Positions 1 through 30,633 of a stretch of DNA of 64,000 nucleotides are shown here, in pieces. The DNA lies in NCBI RefSeq assembly GCF_009914755.1, contig NC_060925.1; one strand, written 5' to 3'. Both the position numbers and the translations under genes were made by a program. The notes under the pieces were generated by a model. It ran no database searches. It was given only the letters and a program-made list of their open reading frames with translations, and was not told the origin of the DNA. Every line of letters begins with the position of its first letter. Position 1 is the stretch's first letter. Origin of the DNA: the human T2T-CHM13v2.0 reference genome, Homo sapiens.

Positions 1-49
1 CAGGTATGAACCACAATTTATTGTATTTAAGTCTCAACATTTATATGCT

Positions 50-200
50 ATAAGCAGTACTATTAATATCTTCATTTTGTAGATGACAGAAAAGGCTTAG
101 AGAGATTAAGTAACTGGCCGAAGGTCACACTTAGTAAACTGCAGAAACTGAACCTGAAATGCAGACTCTGTGGACTCCAGACCCAAAAGCCTTAACCATA
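50..200 (+). mobile_element. MIR SINE fragment
   Basis: cattttgtagatga...gattaagtaactggccgaaggtcacac MIR core. Confidence 0.75.
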
Positions 201-404
201 TTCCATTTGGCTTACATTATGAGCCTCGTCCTGAAACAGTAATGAGAATGAAAATCACATGTTCCTATTACTACATACATACTCTACTGCCTCATTAACC
301 ATTTCCTGTATGCCAGCATTTTGGCTAGGTCTCTGTTTTTTTCCAACTCTTGAATCTAAAATTCAAATATGAAACATTAATGTTTAAATCCATGCAAAAA
401 ATGC

Positions 405-520
405 ATTTATGTATTCATTTATTCATTCTACAGATGCTTTTGGCAGGCTTGCACTAGGCAGTGAGGATACAAAGACAAAATGTTGCCCCAAATTAAGGAG
501 CTAATGCTCTAGTGCTGGGA
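405..520 (-). mobile_element. L2 3'-end fragment
   Basis: tattcatttattcattc tail followed by gcactaggcagtgaggatacaaag. Confidence 0.55.
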
Positions 521-644
521 GGTACATGTTAAGAAAGAAAGGACTTAAAACAGGAGAATTAGGATGTGGCTGGGACTGAGTAGAGGGCACACATTGCTAT
601 CGCTGATCAGGGTGAGTGCTCTGCCAGGCTGTACGTGCAAATAT

Positions 645-790
645 TGTGCTAATCCACGGCAGCCTGGGAAGGTAGGTATTGTCTCCCACACTTTTCACAG
701 GAAGAAACAGGGTTAGGCAAGTAACTAGCCTGAGGTCACACAACATGGGCCAGGGCCTGAAGCTATGTGTGTTAAAGCCAATGCTTTATG
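645..790 (+). mobile_element. MIR fragment
   Basis: ggtaggtatt...cacaggaagaaacag...gtaactagcctgaggtcacac. Confidence 0.65.
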
Positions 791-911
791 CTATTCCTCT
801 TGGAAGCTCTTTGGACAAGTTCATGTATTTGTTAGGAAAATCTTCTAGAAGCCTTAGCCATTTGGAAGGAAGCAAGAACAGTTTGATGACCTAGGGCTAG
901 GAAGGCTCTGA

Positions 912-1538
<627 letters not shown>

Positions 1539-2054
1539 CAGGAGCATCACTAATAAATCCCTAAGACCTGCTCAGTACATTGACTTCTGAGACAGAGGGC
1601 CAGCATGGCCGAGGCGCCTGGCAGAGGAGGCTCTGAGAGCAGAGGGGAGACAGAGCAGTGACACCTGGAGTGGAGGCCTGAAGGCTGATCAGAGCCCAGC
1701 GAGGGTCATGCCTGCAGGGCGTGCTAGCAAACGCAGGGCTGGGACAGCCTCAGGAGGGTCCCAGTGTTGAAAAAGGAGTAGGATTTGATGATGGATAGAT
1801 ACACAGGTCTGATCATGCAGGAGCTTTTCAGTTAATGAAACGGTGGAGGAAAAATAAGGTGGGGAGCGTCACCTGGAAATGAACAGCTTTGTATTTGCCA
1901 AGTTTCATCTGGATTGGCAGATGGCACATGAAGCTGATAATTGGACTCAACTCAGGAGGAAGGTTTCAGGTGCTGACAAGTAAATGCATCCCTGCAGTTC
2001 AGAATGCAGTTGCTATCACAGGCATGTATGAACTGGTACACCAGTCCAAAAGCA

Positions 2055-3057
<1,003 letters not shown>

Positions 3058-3489
3058 TCACTTTTTTATGGAGTCAAGAGTGGATCTCCCGGTTACTAGG
3101 TACACTTCCCTGTATTAGTAATCCCTGAGAAAGAAATACAATAGATGCTTTGTGGAAAAGGCCTGGAGGAATTGAGCTGCCCTCAATGTTGTGTTCTAAA
3201 TCCTTGCAGGTCAGCAATTTGCTAACCCAAGGAGGGCCTGTATAATCTCCCTCCCCTATTAGTGTATTACCAAGGGCTGCTCTCACAGTTTTCACAGAGG
3301 GGCCAGTAACACCCAGAATAGCCCTTCATTTCTCTACTTGGTGGTTTAAGCCTTACATTCCCCTCCCATTAGGTAGCTGAGATGTATATATATATTTTGG
3401 CACAAGGGGTTGTCCCATTCCCTTCTTACTTTGAACTGTAGTCTCCCCTCCTTAGCCACCATAAACACAGGTTAAGAAATCTGCTTTTC

Positions 3490-3860
<371 letters not shown>

Positions 3861-3863
3861 TTA

Positions 3864-6409
<2,546 letters not shown>

Positions 6410-7285
6410 TAAAAAGGATTTTACAATGATAATTTTCCTCAAATTCAGAGCCCGCTTTCTACTTAGTATAACTGATGGGGTTTTCTAATGATAATATGAA
6501 CCGTCCCACTCCCAGGAACACAGGCAGCAGGCCAAGCAGTGGCTCTCAGTGAGGGTGAGTGTGTGGGTTGGGGGAGGGGCAGCCCATGAACACCCCAAGC
6601 TACTTCCACACTCCAATGGTCAGGAGAATGCAGAATTGAAAGCAGGAACAGGAGTCTGTGGCCTGGAGCTCACATTTAACCAAATAGTTTTCAGAGCTGG
6701 CTCAGAAACAGTTCTCCAAACCACAGCACTCTGCAAAGCCCAGCTGAGATCATCAGATGGCCATCCCAGGACAAGCAAGCAGAACTCCTCGGCCTGGGGT
6801 CCTGTTTGCCAAAAGGAATCTGGATGTTGTGAGTGCCTCAAGTCACTGACTCCCCCTCCTCATGACCAGGGGATGATGAGCAGCTGTTTAATAAGCCACC
6901 GGTGTCAAACCCGGTGGCCGGGGGCCCAGGAAGAACCCCGACTTGGGAGTGCAGCCCCTTAGGCATCTCAGAGCCAGGGACAGGAAAGAAAGACAGGTTG
7001 TGTTGCCAGTGTGACTGAAGCAAATTACCTTCCCTGGGCTGGTTTCCTTTATCTATCTTGTCTATCTTTTCTTACCTCCCTCCCGGGACCTTGAGATGCC
7101 TTGGAAATCAGATGGGAAAAGCACTGTCACTCACTGCAGGGGTTGTGGTAATGCTGGTTACTGATGCCACTGGGAACACCAAGCTACAGGAGTCAGTCAT
7201 TTGGGACAGTGCCAGCAGTCAGAGCACAGGTCACACTTGTTCCAAACCATGGCAGTCGGTGCTTGCTGCCCAAACTATTGTCTGA

Positions 7286-7925
<640 letters not shown>

Positions 7926-7969
7926 GAGTATTTTTTTTTTAATCAACAAAACTCTTAACTTGCACTGTC

Positions 7970-8009
7970 AATATATTCCAAATATTCCAATATATTCCAA
8001 AATATTCCA
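7970..8009. repeat. Four imperfect copies of an approximately 10-bp unit (aatatattcc)
   Basis: aatatattccaaatattccaatatattccaaaatattcca. Confidence 0.8.
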
Positions 8010-8829
8010 CAGCAGGCCTGGGTCATGCTGGATTAGCAAAGACAAGGACTGGCCTAGATGGAGTCACACCCTCCCCAGCCTTGGGTTTGGGTAATTCTCA
8101 ACACCCTAATTCATTCTCCCCTGGCAGCTGGAGAGACCCGTGGGACAGCCACTCACTGCAGAAGGGGCTGGTGAGAGACATGCTCGTCATCTCCGAGGGC
8201 CTGGCTCTGCGCCAGCCACACACTTATCTGCCTGCTCCATCTCCGGAGTTTCTGTCTCTGAGCTTTGGCAATGGAAGTTGTGCTTCCACTATTAGCCAAC
8301 ACCGAGCTGGACTCTGGTAACTGACACAGCCGTGCATCTAGTGTAGCTCGGGTTGAGATGACTTGGCTTTTTAAATTGCCTTCTCTGAATATATATTTGT
8401 CCTAAGACTGGACTGGCCACATGAAATCAGGTTTTCAAAACGGAACTGCCTGTGAGGATGTGTGAGTGTGGATGTCAAGTGGCAAGGGGCTGAGAAGGAA
8501 AGTGCAAGGGGGCCTCCCATCCCACATGACTCACACGTTGCTCACATACACACACCCAGCCCCCCCTCCCAACCCCAACACACACACGCAGGGCTGTAAA
8601 CCATATGATTAGGCTCCTGCCTGACTCCCCCAGGCCATCTCTCCCTGTGGTCCAGCCACCATGGGCTGCTTTCTGCTCCAAACACACTCAGGATTGCTGT
8701 GTCCCAGGGCCTGCTTGGTGTCCTCTGCGTAGACACTAGACCAGAGCTCACAGAGCCACCTCCCTCTCAATAATCAGCTCTCAGCTCAAATGCCACCTCT
8801 TTAAAGAAGACTTCCTTAGAAACGGCCTG

Positions 8830-9258
<429 letters not shown>

Positions 9259-9564
9259 TAGCTGGGATTACAGGCACCTGCCACCATGCCTGGCTAATTC
9301 TGGTATTTTTTTAGTAGAGATGGGGTTTTACCATGTTGGCCAGGCTGGTCTCAAACTCCCAACCCCAGGTGATCCGCCTGTCTTGGCCTCCCAAAGGACT
9401 GGGATTACAGGTGAGAGCCACCATGCCTGGCCATTTTTTGTTTTTTGAGAGAGTCTCACTCTGTCACCCAGGCTGGTGTGCAATAGCGTAATCACTAAGT
9501 GCAGCCTTGACCTCCCAGGCTCCAATGATCCTCCTACCTCAGCTGATACTACAGGCATATGCAC

Positions 9565-11034
<1,470 letters not shown>

Positions 11035-11712
11035 CCACGAAGCCTGGCTAATTTTAAAATTTTCTGTAGAGATGGGGGTGTTGGCGGGTTGGGCCGAGGG
11101 AAGAGGGAGGTCTCACTATGTTCCTAGGCCTGGTTGTGAACTCATAGGCTCAAGCAATCCCCCCATCTCTGCCATGCAGCCAATACAAGATTTTTTTAAA
11201 GTTCCTCGGAGAGGTGAGGAGGCTGAGGTGCATGTTCACCGACTCCTGTCCCTCTTTGGTTGAAGGTTGCTCGTGGGGACACTTCGGATTGGTCTGGGGT
11301 AGAGGAGCAGAGAAAGCCCTCAGGCAGAGACCCAGGACAGCCTCTGCACAAATGGGCACTGTCTGGAGTGTACAGAGGACAGGAGAGGCCCTGAAGGGTG
11401 TCCAATGCCACCTCACCAATGTCACACCCACCTTCACCATGACTTTCTCTATCCAAATCCCAGGGGCCTAAGCTTCAGGACCCCTCACTGGCATGCCCCG
11501 TCCAGGCCCTAGGAGAGAGGTGTTGTTACTATTATCCTGTGTTTACAGATGAAGAAAGTGACACACAGTGAGTGGAAGGAACTTGCCCACGGCTAGAGAG
11601 CAGCAGAAGAGGGCAAGTCTTATCCGCTGACAATCCCTTTCCTAATCTTTAAGGAAACAAAGCACAATGATGAAAAATTTAAAGGTTTAAGGTTTTAATA
11701 ATGCTCCAGGTA

Positions 11713-12920
<1,208 letters not shown>

Positions 12921-12980
12921 AAAGCAGATCTGTGTTCCCTGTTCTGTCCTTCCCAGTCTACTTACCTTCATTTATCCAAT

Positions 12981-13024
12981 CACAGACCCCAAGACCCACA
13001 GACCCCAAGACCCACAGACCACAG
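12981..13024. repeat. 16-bp tandem repeat cacagaccccaagacc, about 2.5 copies
   Basis: Directly visible. Confidence 0.85.
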
Positions 13025-13341
13025 TAAAAGGTCCTAAGGTAGAAAAGCCAGACCAGAAGCTGAGCGCTGGGCTTTTCCCCCACCATGTGCCACTGTCCCC
13101 TAACATTTGTACCAGCTGCTTCATCATAACCATACAGAAAATGGTACCTGGCCAGCCTCTTCCTAGGTTAGCGTGCAGCTCTCTGACATACTTGCAAGTC
13201 TCATTCCAGGTCAGGTCTGTGGTGCTATAAATCCAGCTCTGTCTATCTCTCAACTAGAGGCGTCTGGGTCAGGGGCATTGCCTCTGACTGATGGACACTG
13301 AAGTTCTGCAGCTCCCGAAGGTCACAGGAAAGAGGCGTTGA

Positions 13342-14085
<744 letters not shown>

Positions 14086-14695
14086 AATCTCTCCTCCCAC
14101 TTATATTACCGTCCTTGCAGTTTCTAATTTCAACTTACAAGTGGACTATGAACTGCAAATTACTACACTGTGCACTGATGCTAATTAAAAAATCATTAGG
14201 ATGGCCTGGAATGAACTTGGCTTAATTTTAATCTGCCACCTGAATGTGGTCCAGGTTCCAGGTGAAAACAAATACAGGATCCTTCAGGATTTGAGACCTG
14301 CAGTACAGTAATTCCAGCAGAGATAAGCAGGGCTCCCGGAATTTGTCCCTTATCCCCTTCACTGCTTAATCACACATTGTTCCCTGCCCAGGCCAACTGG
14401 CATTACCTCCAGACTTCAAAATGCCCTTCTGCAGCTCCTGTGCTGGTTAAAGAAAGAAAAAAACACAGTGAAGTCCACTGGAGCACATTTTAGTTTTAAT
14501 GTGCCAGGTCACCAAAGAGCCAGCTGAGTCGACTTGGCTGCCGAGGAAGGAACGGTGAAAAGTATGTGGACAAAAGAGATCATCTGTTGTTTTTACCCCA
14601 AACAATTCTCAAAACATATTTCATATTGAGAATGAGACAGGCACAAATGCACATCTGGACTGTACATATTGTTGAAGGTAAATTCATTTGCTCAG

Positions 14696-14720
14696 TGAGT
14701 CAAGGTTGGCAGGAAGCCAA
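14696..14720. promoter_or_regulatory. AP-1 site (TGAGTCA) adjacent to a perfect NFI palindrome (TTGGC-AGGAA-GCCAA); candidate enhancer
   Basis: Exact consensus matches 3 bp apart in a repeat-free block; motif evidence only. Confidence 0.45.
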
Positions 14721-14887
14721 AATGTTCAGCCCTTGCTTCTGATGCTGAGGCTTCAGCCAGTCATAAAATTATCTAGATCATTTAAGACATAATTACTTCT
14801 ATCTCAGCCAATTATTTCAGTAGAAAGTTTTTTTCTTTTCCAGAACAATCCTTAATTAATTAAAAGTGCTTATTTCAAAATATTTTA

Positions 14888-15430
<543 letters not shown>

Positions 15431-16963
15431 AAAACTGAGCAGTAAGCACAGACCTAGCTTTGAAAGGGGAGGGCAATGATGCTCCCACGGCTCCCTGAAG
15501 ATGACCTGAGTGGAGCTTCCGGGCAGAGCCTGGCTTCCACGTCCCCTTGAGTTCTCCAGAGTCTGTCTGGGGTTGTGTCACAGGGCGTAGTGTGAGTGAG
15601 GTGCAGGCTGACCAGCAGAAACATGGTCAAAGGGCATGGGCTGCTATGAATTTTCTGCCTCTAGACTCACCACAGCTGCAGTGGGTGGAAACAGACCTGG
15701 AAGAGATCACCAGTGCCCCCGGGCGCTCTGGGAGGCAGGGCCTTTCATCTTCTTCAACCTGGGCACACCTGAGCATTTTTATCTTCATGTACAAGGACCA
15801 TCGTTGCTCTGTGATCATAACCCTCCGCATGTCTATCTTCTGAGTCACGGCGGGAGTCTGGACCAGCTGCTCGCTATTGCTAGGCCGGAGCACAGCTGTC
15901 CTCCCAGGAGCTCCCTTGTCCTCCGCCGGCTTCAGGATCCCTGTATCCCGTGTCTCCTTTTTCCTGGCACTACTTCTTCATCTGGGGGAGCACATCATCT
16001 GATAGTTTCCTGAGAAAGGGCGAAAGGATGTAGATAGACAAGCCTACCTGACGCTACTCGGGGGAGGTGGGCTGTGTCCAGGTGCCCCCTATGCACCGCT
16101 CCTCTCCGAGGGCTTCCTGGGAGACAGCCCACCAGCTGGGATGTTCTAATTTGGACTCAGTAGAAACTATCAAAGTGGATGCAGTCTCAGAAAACTAGGA
16201 AGGTCAGGAATTGAGTCTGTTATTAGCTGATCTCATCTCCGACAAAAAAAAAAAAAGAGAGAGAGAGAGAATTGAGCCTGTTGTAGTGCACAGCATTCTA
16301 GCCTGGGCAACATAGTGACACCCCTCTGTAATTCAAAAAAAAAAAAAAATTCAGCCTGGAGGAACTTAAATTAACATTGTCCTGGCCTTGGAATGCCTTT
16401 AGAAAAACAATAGGAAAACCCCTAGGCCCAGCGGTGCCAGTGGGAAATAAGGGGAGCCTGTCAAGCACTGGTGCACCAAGAATTCAAGGCCTGGGCCCCA
16501 CAGCTCTCTGGCAGCAGCATTTCAGCCTTATAAGGCAGTGTAAGTTGTTTCTAGGTGCTGAGGAGACTGGAGATATGGGCGGCAGTGAGTCCACATCTCT
16601 CCTCCCCTACCTGGCAGTCCCCTCCCCATCCAGGCACTGATAAGATATTGCAGTCCTGACTGTGTCTCCCTGAGATTTAAGAGAGGTATCGGGAGACACA
16701 CCCTATGTGTTTGGCTTCCATCCCCAGCCCTGCCCATTTGCTGCTGGGAGTAAACCAAAGCAAAAAGCACTCTGAAATGGAACCAAGTCACCATTCTCTC
16801 CTATCTGGAATCTGGGTGAGACTCTGTGGTCTTAGTCAAAGCATGCTGACCTGGGGGCAGGGGACTTGGGCCCCACCCCTGGGAGCCACAAGTGCATGCT
16901 CCTGGACAGTCATTATCTGGGCCCTGGGTTAGTTCCTCTTCTTTAAACTGGAGGTTGGGTGTC

Positions 16964-17131
16964 AGGGGTTCTCCTCTCATGGAACATCAGAATCACCTGG
17001 AGAGATTTAACTAGCTGCAGCCGCCCAGGCCCCACCTGGAGACTCTGATATAATTGGCCTGTAGGGAGGCCCAGGTAACATATTTTTGAAAACCCTTAGT
17101 TGATTCTTGCGTCATCCAGCTGAGAAACACT
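16964..17131. mobile_element. MER5-type hAT-Charlie MITE
   Basis: caggggttctc...catcagaatcacctggagag...ctctgat...tgattct...tgagaaacact termini. Confidence 0.75.
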
Positions 17132-17193
17132 CACAGATGACTCTAGGGACTTTTGTAGCATTATGATTCAGTAATTCTGATAAGAAACTGTAG

Positions 17194-20841
<3,648 letters not shown>

Positions 20842-21439
20842 CCTGATCCACTTTTCTAATATATGGCTTTTTAATTTGAAAAACTGATTTCCTTATACAC
20901 TGTGAAACAGCATTTCTATAGCTCCCTGGACTATGCTAGTTCCCTCACCCAATGTCTCCACTTCTAAAGTCCTCAGTTACTGTGAAACTCATTTATCTTT
21001 CTGCAACATTAATTTTGAGAAAGTTGAAGTGAGCAAAACTTCCTGGAATCTGAAAAGAAGATCCATTGTCCCCGTACCAGGCTCACAATCAGCCAAAGGG
21101 GGAAGTAGATTTTCCTGTCTGTACAAAAGAAGGTAATTAGAATTTTGGTTGTAATAAATTATCTATAGTCTCCTCTTTGAAGCTGTTTTAGAGAATGTTC
21201 CTGTAGGCCAGGGTCTTAGAAAGTTTCTTTTGAACGCCTTGACCATATTCAGGGCTCCTGGGCCCCTCATCATGAGAGAAGTATTGCTAAAACGGCTTCT
21301 GACCAGCAGTAACTAAATACCAGAGGAAGCCCCACCTCCAAAGCCTTATGGCTTGTCTGCAGACAGCCATGAAATCTTAGTTTGGTGGAAATGACATCAG
21401 ATCTCTTCACTGTTAACTGTGCTTTGTGCCATAGAATAA

Positions 21440-22640
<1,201 letters not shown>

Positions 22641-23255
22641 AGCAGCAATGAGGATAGAGGTGGAAGGGCAGCTCAGGAATTTCCCTGGAGTTTTCCCATC
22701 TTGAGACTTCGGTCTTGGAAGACAGAATGGCTGTGACATAATGTGGACTTTTTACTTCCACCTCTAGGAAAGCGTTCTTTGGAACACCTTTGCTGAGTCT
22801 CTCTCTCCTCCGCTCAAGGGTAAGGCTTACTTGGTAGTGGGGCCAGATTGCACAGTGTCAACATGCTTTCTAAGGAAAATCCCAGAAGGCGGCATTCGTC
22901 CAGATAACCTTGCTGGCTGCATACATATTTGAAGCTTATGTGCACAAATGGAGTTCTTCCAGAAAGAGAGAATGGCATTTGTGGAGGGTGAATCAATTAA
23001 TTCAGCTACTGCTTTTTCCAACCTCAGTTTCTCACCGTAAACAGACAGAACAGCATGAGCAAAGTATCTGGTGTTTTAGGGTAAAAAGAGGGAGGAAAGG
23101 GCGGCTAACTTATCCACCAGGCATACTAAAGTATATGTGGTTCTTTACTTTTAAGCAACCCACATATTCAACATTGATATCCCTATTGTTTTTTATTTTC
23201 ATAATATGTATTTATAGCACTTCTTCAGAATCAGATGAAGAATCATGATATACAG

Positions 23256-25848
<2,593 letters not shown>

Positions 25849-26475
25849 CAAATGCTGATAATAGTGATAAGCGTAAGTCTCATAATCCAAAGCAAAAGTG
25901 ATAAGGTTAGAGTCTGAATCATGAGCAATACCATCTCACCCAAATCTATTTGGCTTCTCAGCTTTGGAAGGTGAGTAGTGCAATTTCAAATAGTGAGGGA
26001 TTTGTCCAAAAAATGTATCCAAATCTGTTCAGTTCCTGAGTTCAAACAGTGAGATCTAGAATAGTGACAGATACAAAGTATAGAATACTATACTTTTACC
26101 TAAGTTATATCTACTTATACTTTTTAGGGTAATAAGGCATTTTACAACATTTTTACCTTTTGGAAATAAGATCTTCCAGTAAATACTACTTGGACATGTT
26201 TTCAGCAATAACCTACATACAAACATGAGAGACCACCTGCTTCTTCCCACTGACACCAGCCCCTCCCTTATCCAGGCCTTTGTTCTCTGCTCAGGTCATT
26301 TACCTCCTTCCTTCATCTTCTTTGCCTTCAGGATTCCGCTGACACATTGCATTCTTGGGAGAACCTTCCAATTCCAATTATGGACTAGCTGCTCCTACCC
26401 TGTGCTCTTCGCTTGGTGACTATTCTTATCCCTTTTCAGCCCTTCTCACACTGTTTTGTGACTGTCTCTTTATCT

Positions 26476-27034
26476 GTATTAAGTTGGATATGAATTTGGC
26501 TCCTTTCACACAGACCAAAATATAAATAGCTTAAGCAATATAAAGATCACACACACAAGTGAGGCAAATGACCATCTGAGGGTTGAGGAAACTCTGCTGC
26601 AAGGGTTGCCCACGATCCTGGTTTCTTGTGTTTTATTACTTTGTCATTCCCTAGGATGTTGTCTCCATTTACAAGGCCAAAACAGGTTCATCATCAGCTC
26701 ATCACTCTCTAGTCCCGGGAAGGGCAGCATGGAGTTAAAATGACAGGTAGCACCTTCTTTTTTAAACAAGTTATGACTTTTCAAGGACATAGCCAGGGTC
26801 TTTGCTTCTGGAAGAAGGTGTGTTGAGTTCAATGTAGGCTGCCCTGAGTTAATGATGGGTTAATGCAACCCAAGTCACTTCCTTATAAGGATGTAACCAG
26901 AAGCTGTTCCCATCGCTTCTGTTTATATTATACTAGCCAGATGTTTGTTAGTCACTTTCCTGGCAGCAAGAGCCCTTCTTACTAAAAGGTAGAAGAAAAG
27001 AATGGACATTATAGGGCGATAAGCTCTCTGCCAC
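26476..27034 (-). mobile_element. Old MLT1 (J/K-like) LTR
   Basis: tgtattaagtt...gcttaagcaatataaag...ggacattatagggcgat...ctctgccaca termini typical of reverse-strand MLT1. Confidence 0.6.
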
Positions 27035-27631
27035 ACACACCACACTGGGCATTAAGTTCTGAGTTTGTTCACCATTATGTTAGTAATGCTCAGTACAAAG
27101 TGTTTAATGAAATGGCTAAATCTTTGACAGTGCTAGAACAGAGGACATAATTCCGGGAGTTTCTGAACAGAGGACTGGATCTTTTTCACAAGAGAAAGAA
27201 AAGTTAGACCGCTGTAGACCAGAATTCAGACTGTTCCGCGAGTCCCCTTGAACAGGCTCTGAACCTTGTTCTTTTTGATGATATGGGGATAACTCTATTT
27301 GATCCCTAGTATGAGTTGGGAGCGTTAAGATAACATTTGGCAGTGTGTAGTACACAGATCATGCTGAAAAATATGATCTTCCCTTCCATTTGCAGAAGTG
27401 CTGGCAACATCCACTGTCACACTACCTGTCGCAGTATCTGCCTGCTGTTCAACATGTACCATACCTGACTGGCAAAGCCAACGAACACGCAGCCAGTCTG
27501 CTCTCTTATGCGTTCTACATTTTATGTCGAGGTTAAGCTAAACTACCAGCAAGTTGGATACTTAGACCTAACATTTAATAGTCAAGAAGATTTTTGCTTT
27601 TTCTCATAACCCACATCTATGATATACCTGA

Positions 27632-29015
<1,384 letters not shown>

Positions 29016-29199
29016 CACATTCTTAAAAGTAGCCTAAAAATTTTTGTAGAATGAGGTGAAGTAAAAATTTAAGAAGAAAGAAAAGTAGGTAACCCGACCC
29101 ATCTATATATAACTTCCGGATATATTGTGAGCAACACTGTAAATTATGAGTTGAACACAACAAAAATCAAGCCCTTCACAAAGTATTGCCTAGGGACTC

Positions 29200-30295
29200 A
29201 TCAAACATATAGAGGCCAAAGGAGAGTCAAATCTGGGACAGTTTGAATATCATAATGATAATAATGGATAATATATTAAAAATAGTAATACTTGACTTTG
29301 ATGAGGAATGGACTTTATAGAGTTTCAAAGTAACTTCCCATAAAATACACATACATTACAAAGTGAAAAAAAAAGAGTAAAGAGTAACTTTGTAGTGTGA
29401 GAAACCTGGAAGAACTACCTCAAGTGATCACAGTGAACATCATGAGTAACAGGACAAACTGAAATCGCATGCCACATGACAAGCGCACAGTGTCACTTTG
29501 TAATCTGCCAAAGATGCATAACTTGAGTCTAATCACAAGGAAAACATCAGACACATCCACACTCAAGGAATTTTACAAAGTAACTGGCCTGAAACCTTCA
29601 CAAGTGTCAAAAGTCAAACCTGAAGAAATGTTCCACGCTTAAAAGAGATTAAAGAATGTAGCAACTAACTGCAGTGGCCTCCTTTTAAAGCAGTGGTCCC
29701 CAACCTTTTAGGCTCAGGCACTGGTTTCGTGGAAGATAATTTTTCCACAGACAGGGTCAGGGGAGGTGGTTTCAGGAAGAAACTGTTCCACCTCAGATCA
29801 TCAGGCATCAGATTCTCATAAGGAGGGTACAACCTAGGTCCCTCAAGTGCACAGTTCACAACAGGGTTCACGCTTCTATGAAAGTCTAATGCTGCCACTG
29901 ATCTAACAGGAGGTGGAGCTAAGGCAGTAATGCTCGCTCGCCCACCACTAACCTCCCACTGTGCGTCCTGGTTCCTAACAGGAGACAGATAGGTACCTGT
30001 CTCCAACCTGGGGGTTAGGGACCTGTTTTAAAGGACATTATCAGGACAACTAGAGGAACGTGAATGGAGGAGGATTAGATGGCAGTGATGTATCAATGTA
30101 TTAATTCCCTGACTTTGATGGTGGGTTATGTAGGAGAATATCTTCAAGTGTAGAAAATACACATGACAGTATTTGGGAGTGATAGGGCATCAGGTTGGCA
30201 CTTATTCCTAGATGGTTGTGGAAGGCGGGGGAGGAGATCTCTGTAACTTTTCTGTATAGTCAAAATAGTTCAAAGTAAAAGTTTTATTTGAAAAA
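29200..30295 (+). mobile_element. L1MC/L1MD-type 3' end abutting the NVL poly(A) region
   Basis: agtaactttgtagtg..gaaacctgg...ctaatcacaaggaaaacatcagaca...gtaacttttctgta. Confidence 0.7.
29691..30025. mobile_element. Near full-length MER1B hAT-Charlie element with 8-bp TSD ttttaaag
   Basis: TIRs cagtggtccccaacc / ggttagggacctg; 335 bp; TSD at 29683-29690 and 30026-30033. Confidence 0.88.
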
Positions 30296-30546
30296 TGTAA
30301 CAGTCATTTTATTTCAGCAGTTTAAAAATTGTCCTTTTTCTTAAAGAGGAAGAAGGCATTTTCACACAAGGCTGGCCAGATGGGAAGAATCTTCAGCTTC
30401 AGCTTCAGCTTGGCCTCATTCATTTGAAAATAAAATGTTTACATGAGGCCGCGCCTGTGTCCAGCTGAAAGTGGGTCCTTCAGAGCGTGTGGGGGATTCT
30501 CTGCCGGCTTGATGGGCTAGCTCCTCTAAGCCGGCTGCTGGAGACA
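30265..30546 (-). other. NVL: NVL 3'UTR (about 280 nt; exact cleavage site uncertain)
   Basis: Unique sequence between the TGA and two minus-strand AATAAA hexamers. Confidence 0.8.
30283..30313 (-). terminator. Tandem poly(A) signals of NVL (AATAAA at 30313-30308 and 30288-30283)
   Basis: tttatt on plus strand at 30283-30288 and 30308-30313, downstream of the stop. Confidence 0.8.
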
Positions 30547-30591
30547 TCACCGGCTGAGGGACTCCTGCAAACGTTCATACATGATTTGATC
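30547..30591 (-). CDS. NVL: NVL terminal exon, coding part: DQIMYERLQESLSR*
   Basis: Polypyrimidine tract and tttcag|GATCAAATC...CGG TGA; 14 codons plus stop; matches the NVL C-terminus. Confidence 0.96.
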   Translation of the reverse strand, partial: DQIMYERLQESLSR

Positions 30592-30633
30592 CTGAAAGGA
30601 GGGAGAACACAGAATACAGAGACCGTCACTGCT

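Noticed and set aside
6549-6962. 137-aa non-Alu ORF
   Set aside because: GTG start, no homology recognised, no convincing splice context
15547-16013. Overlapping 88-125 aa ORFs in GC-richer unique DNA, considered as a processed pseudogene
   Set aside because: No recognisable protein similarity, poly(A) tail or TSD
21040-21048. STAT palindrome TTCCTGGAA
   Set aside because: A single 9-mer is expected by chance in 64 kb; no supporting cluster
30391-30411. (cttcag)3 as miR-320 target sites, suggesting host-gene autoregulation
   Set aside because: The CAGCTT matches are on the strand opposite the NVL mRNA, and I see no CAGCUUU seed match in the UTR
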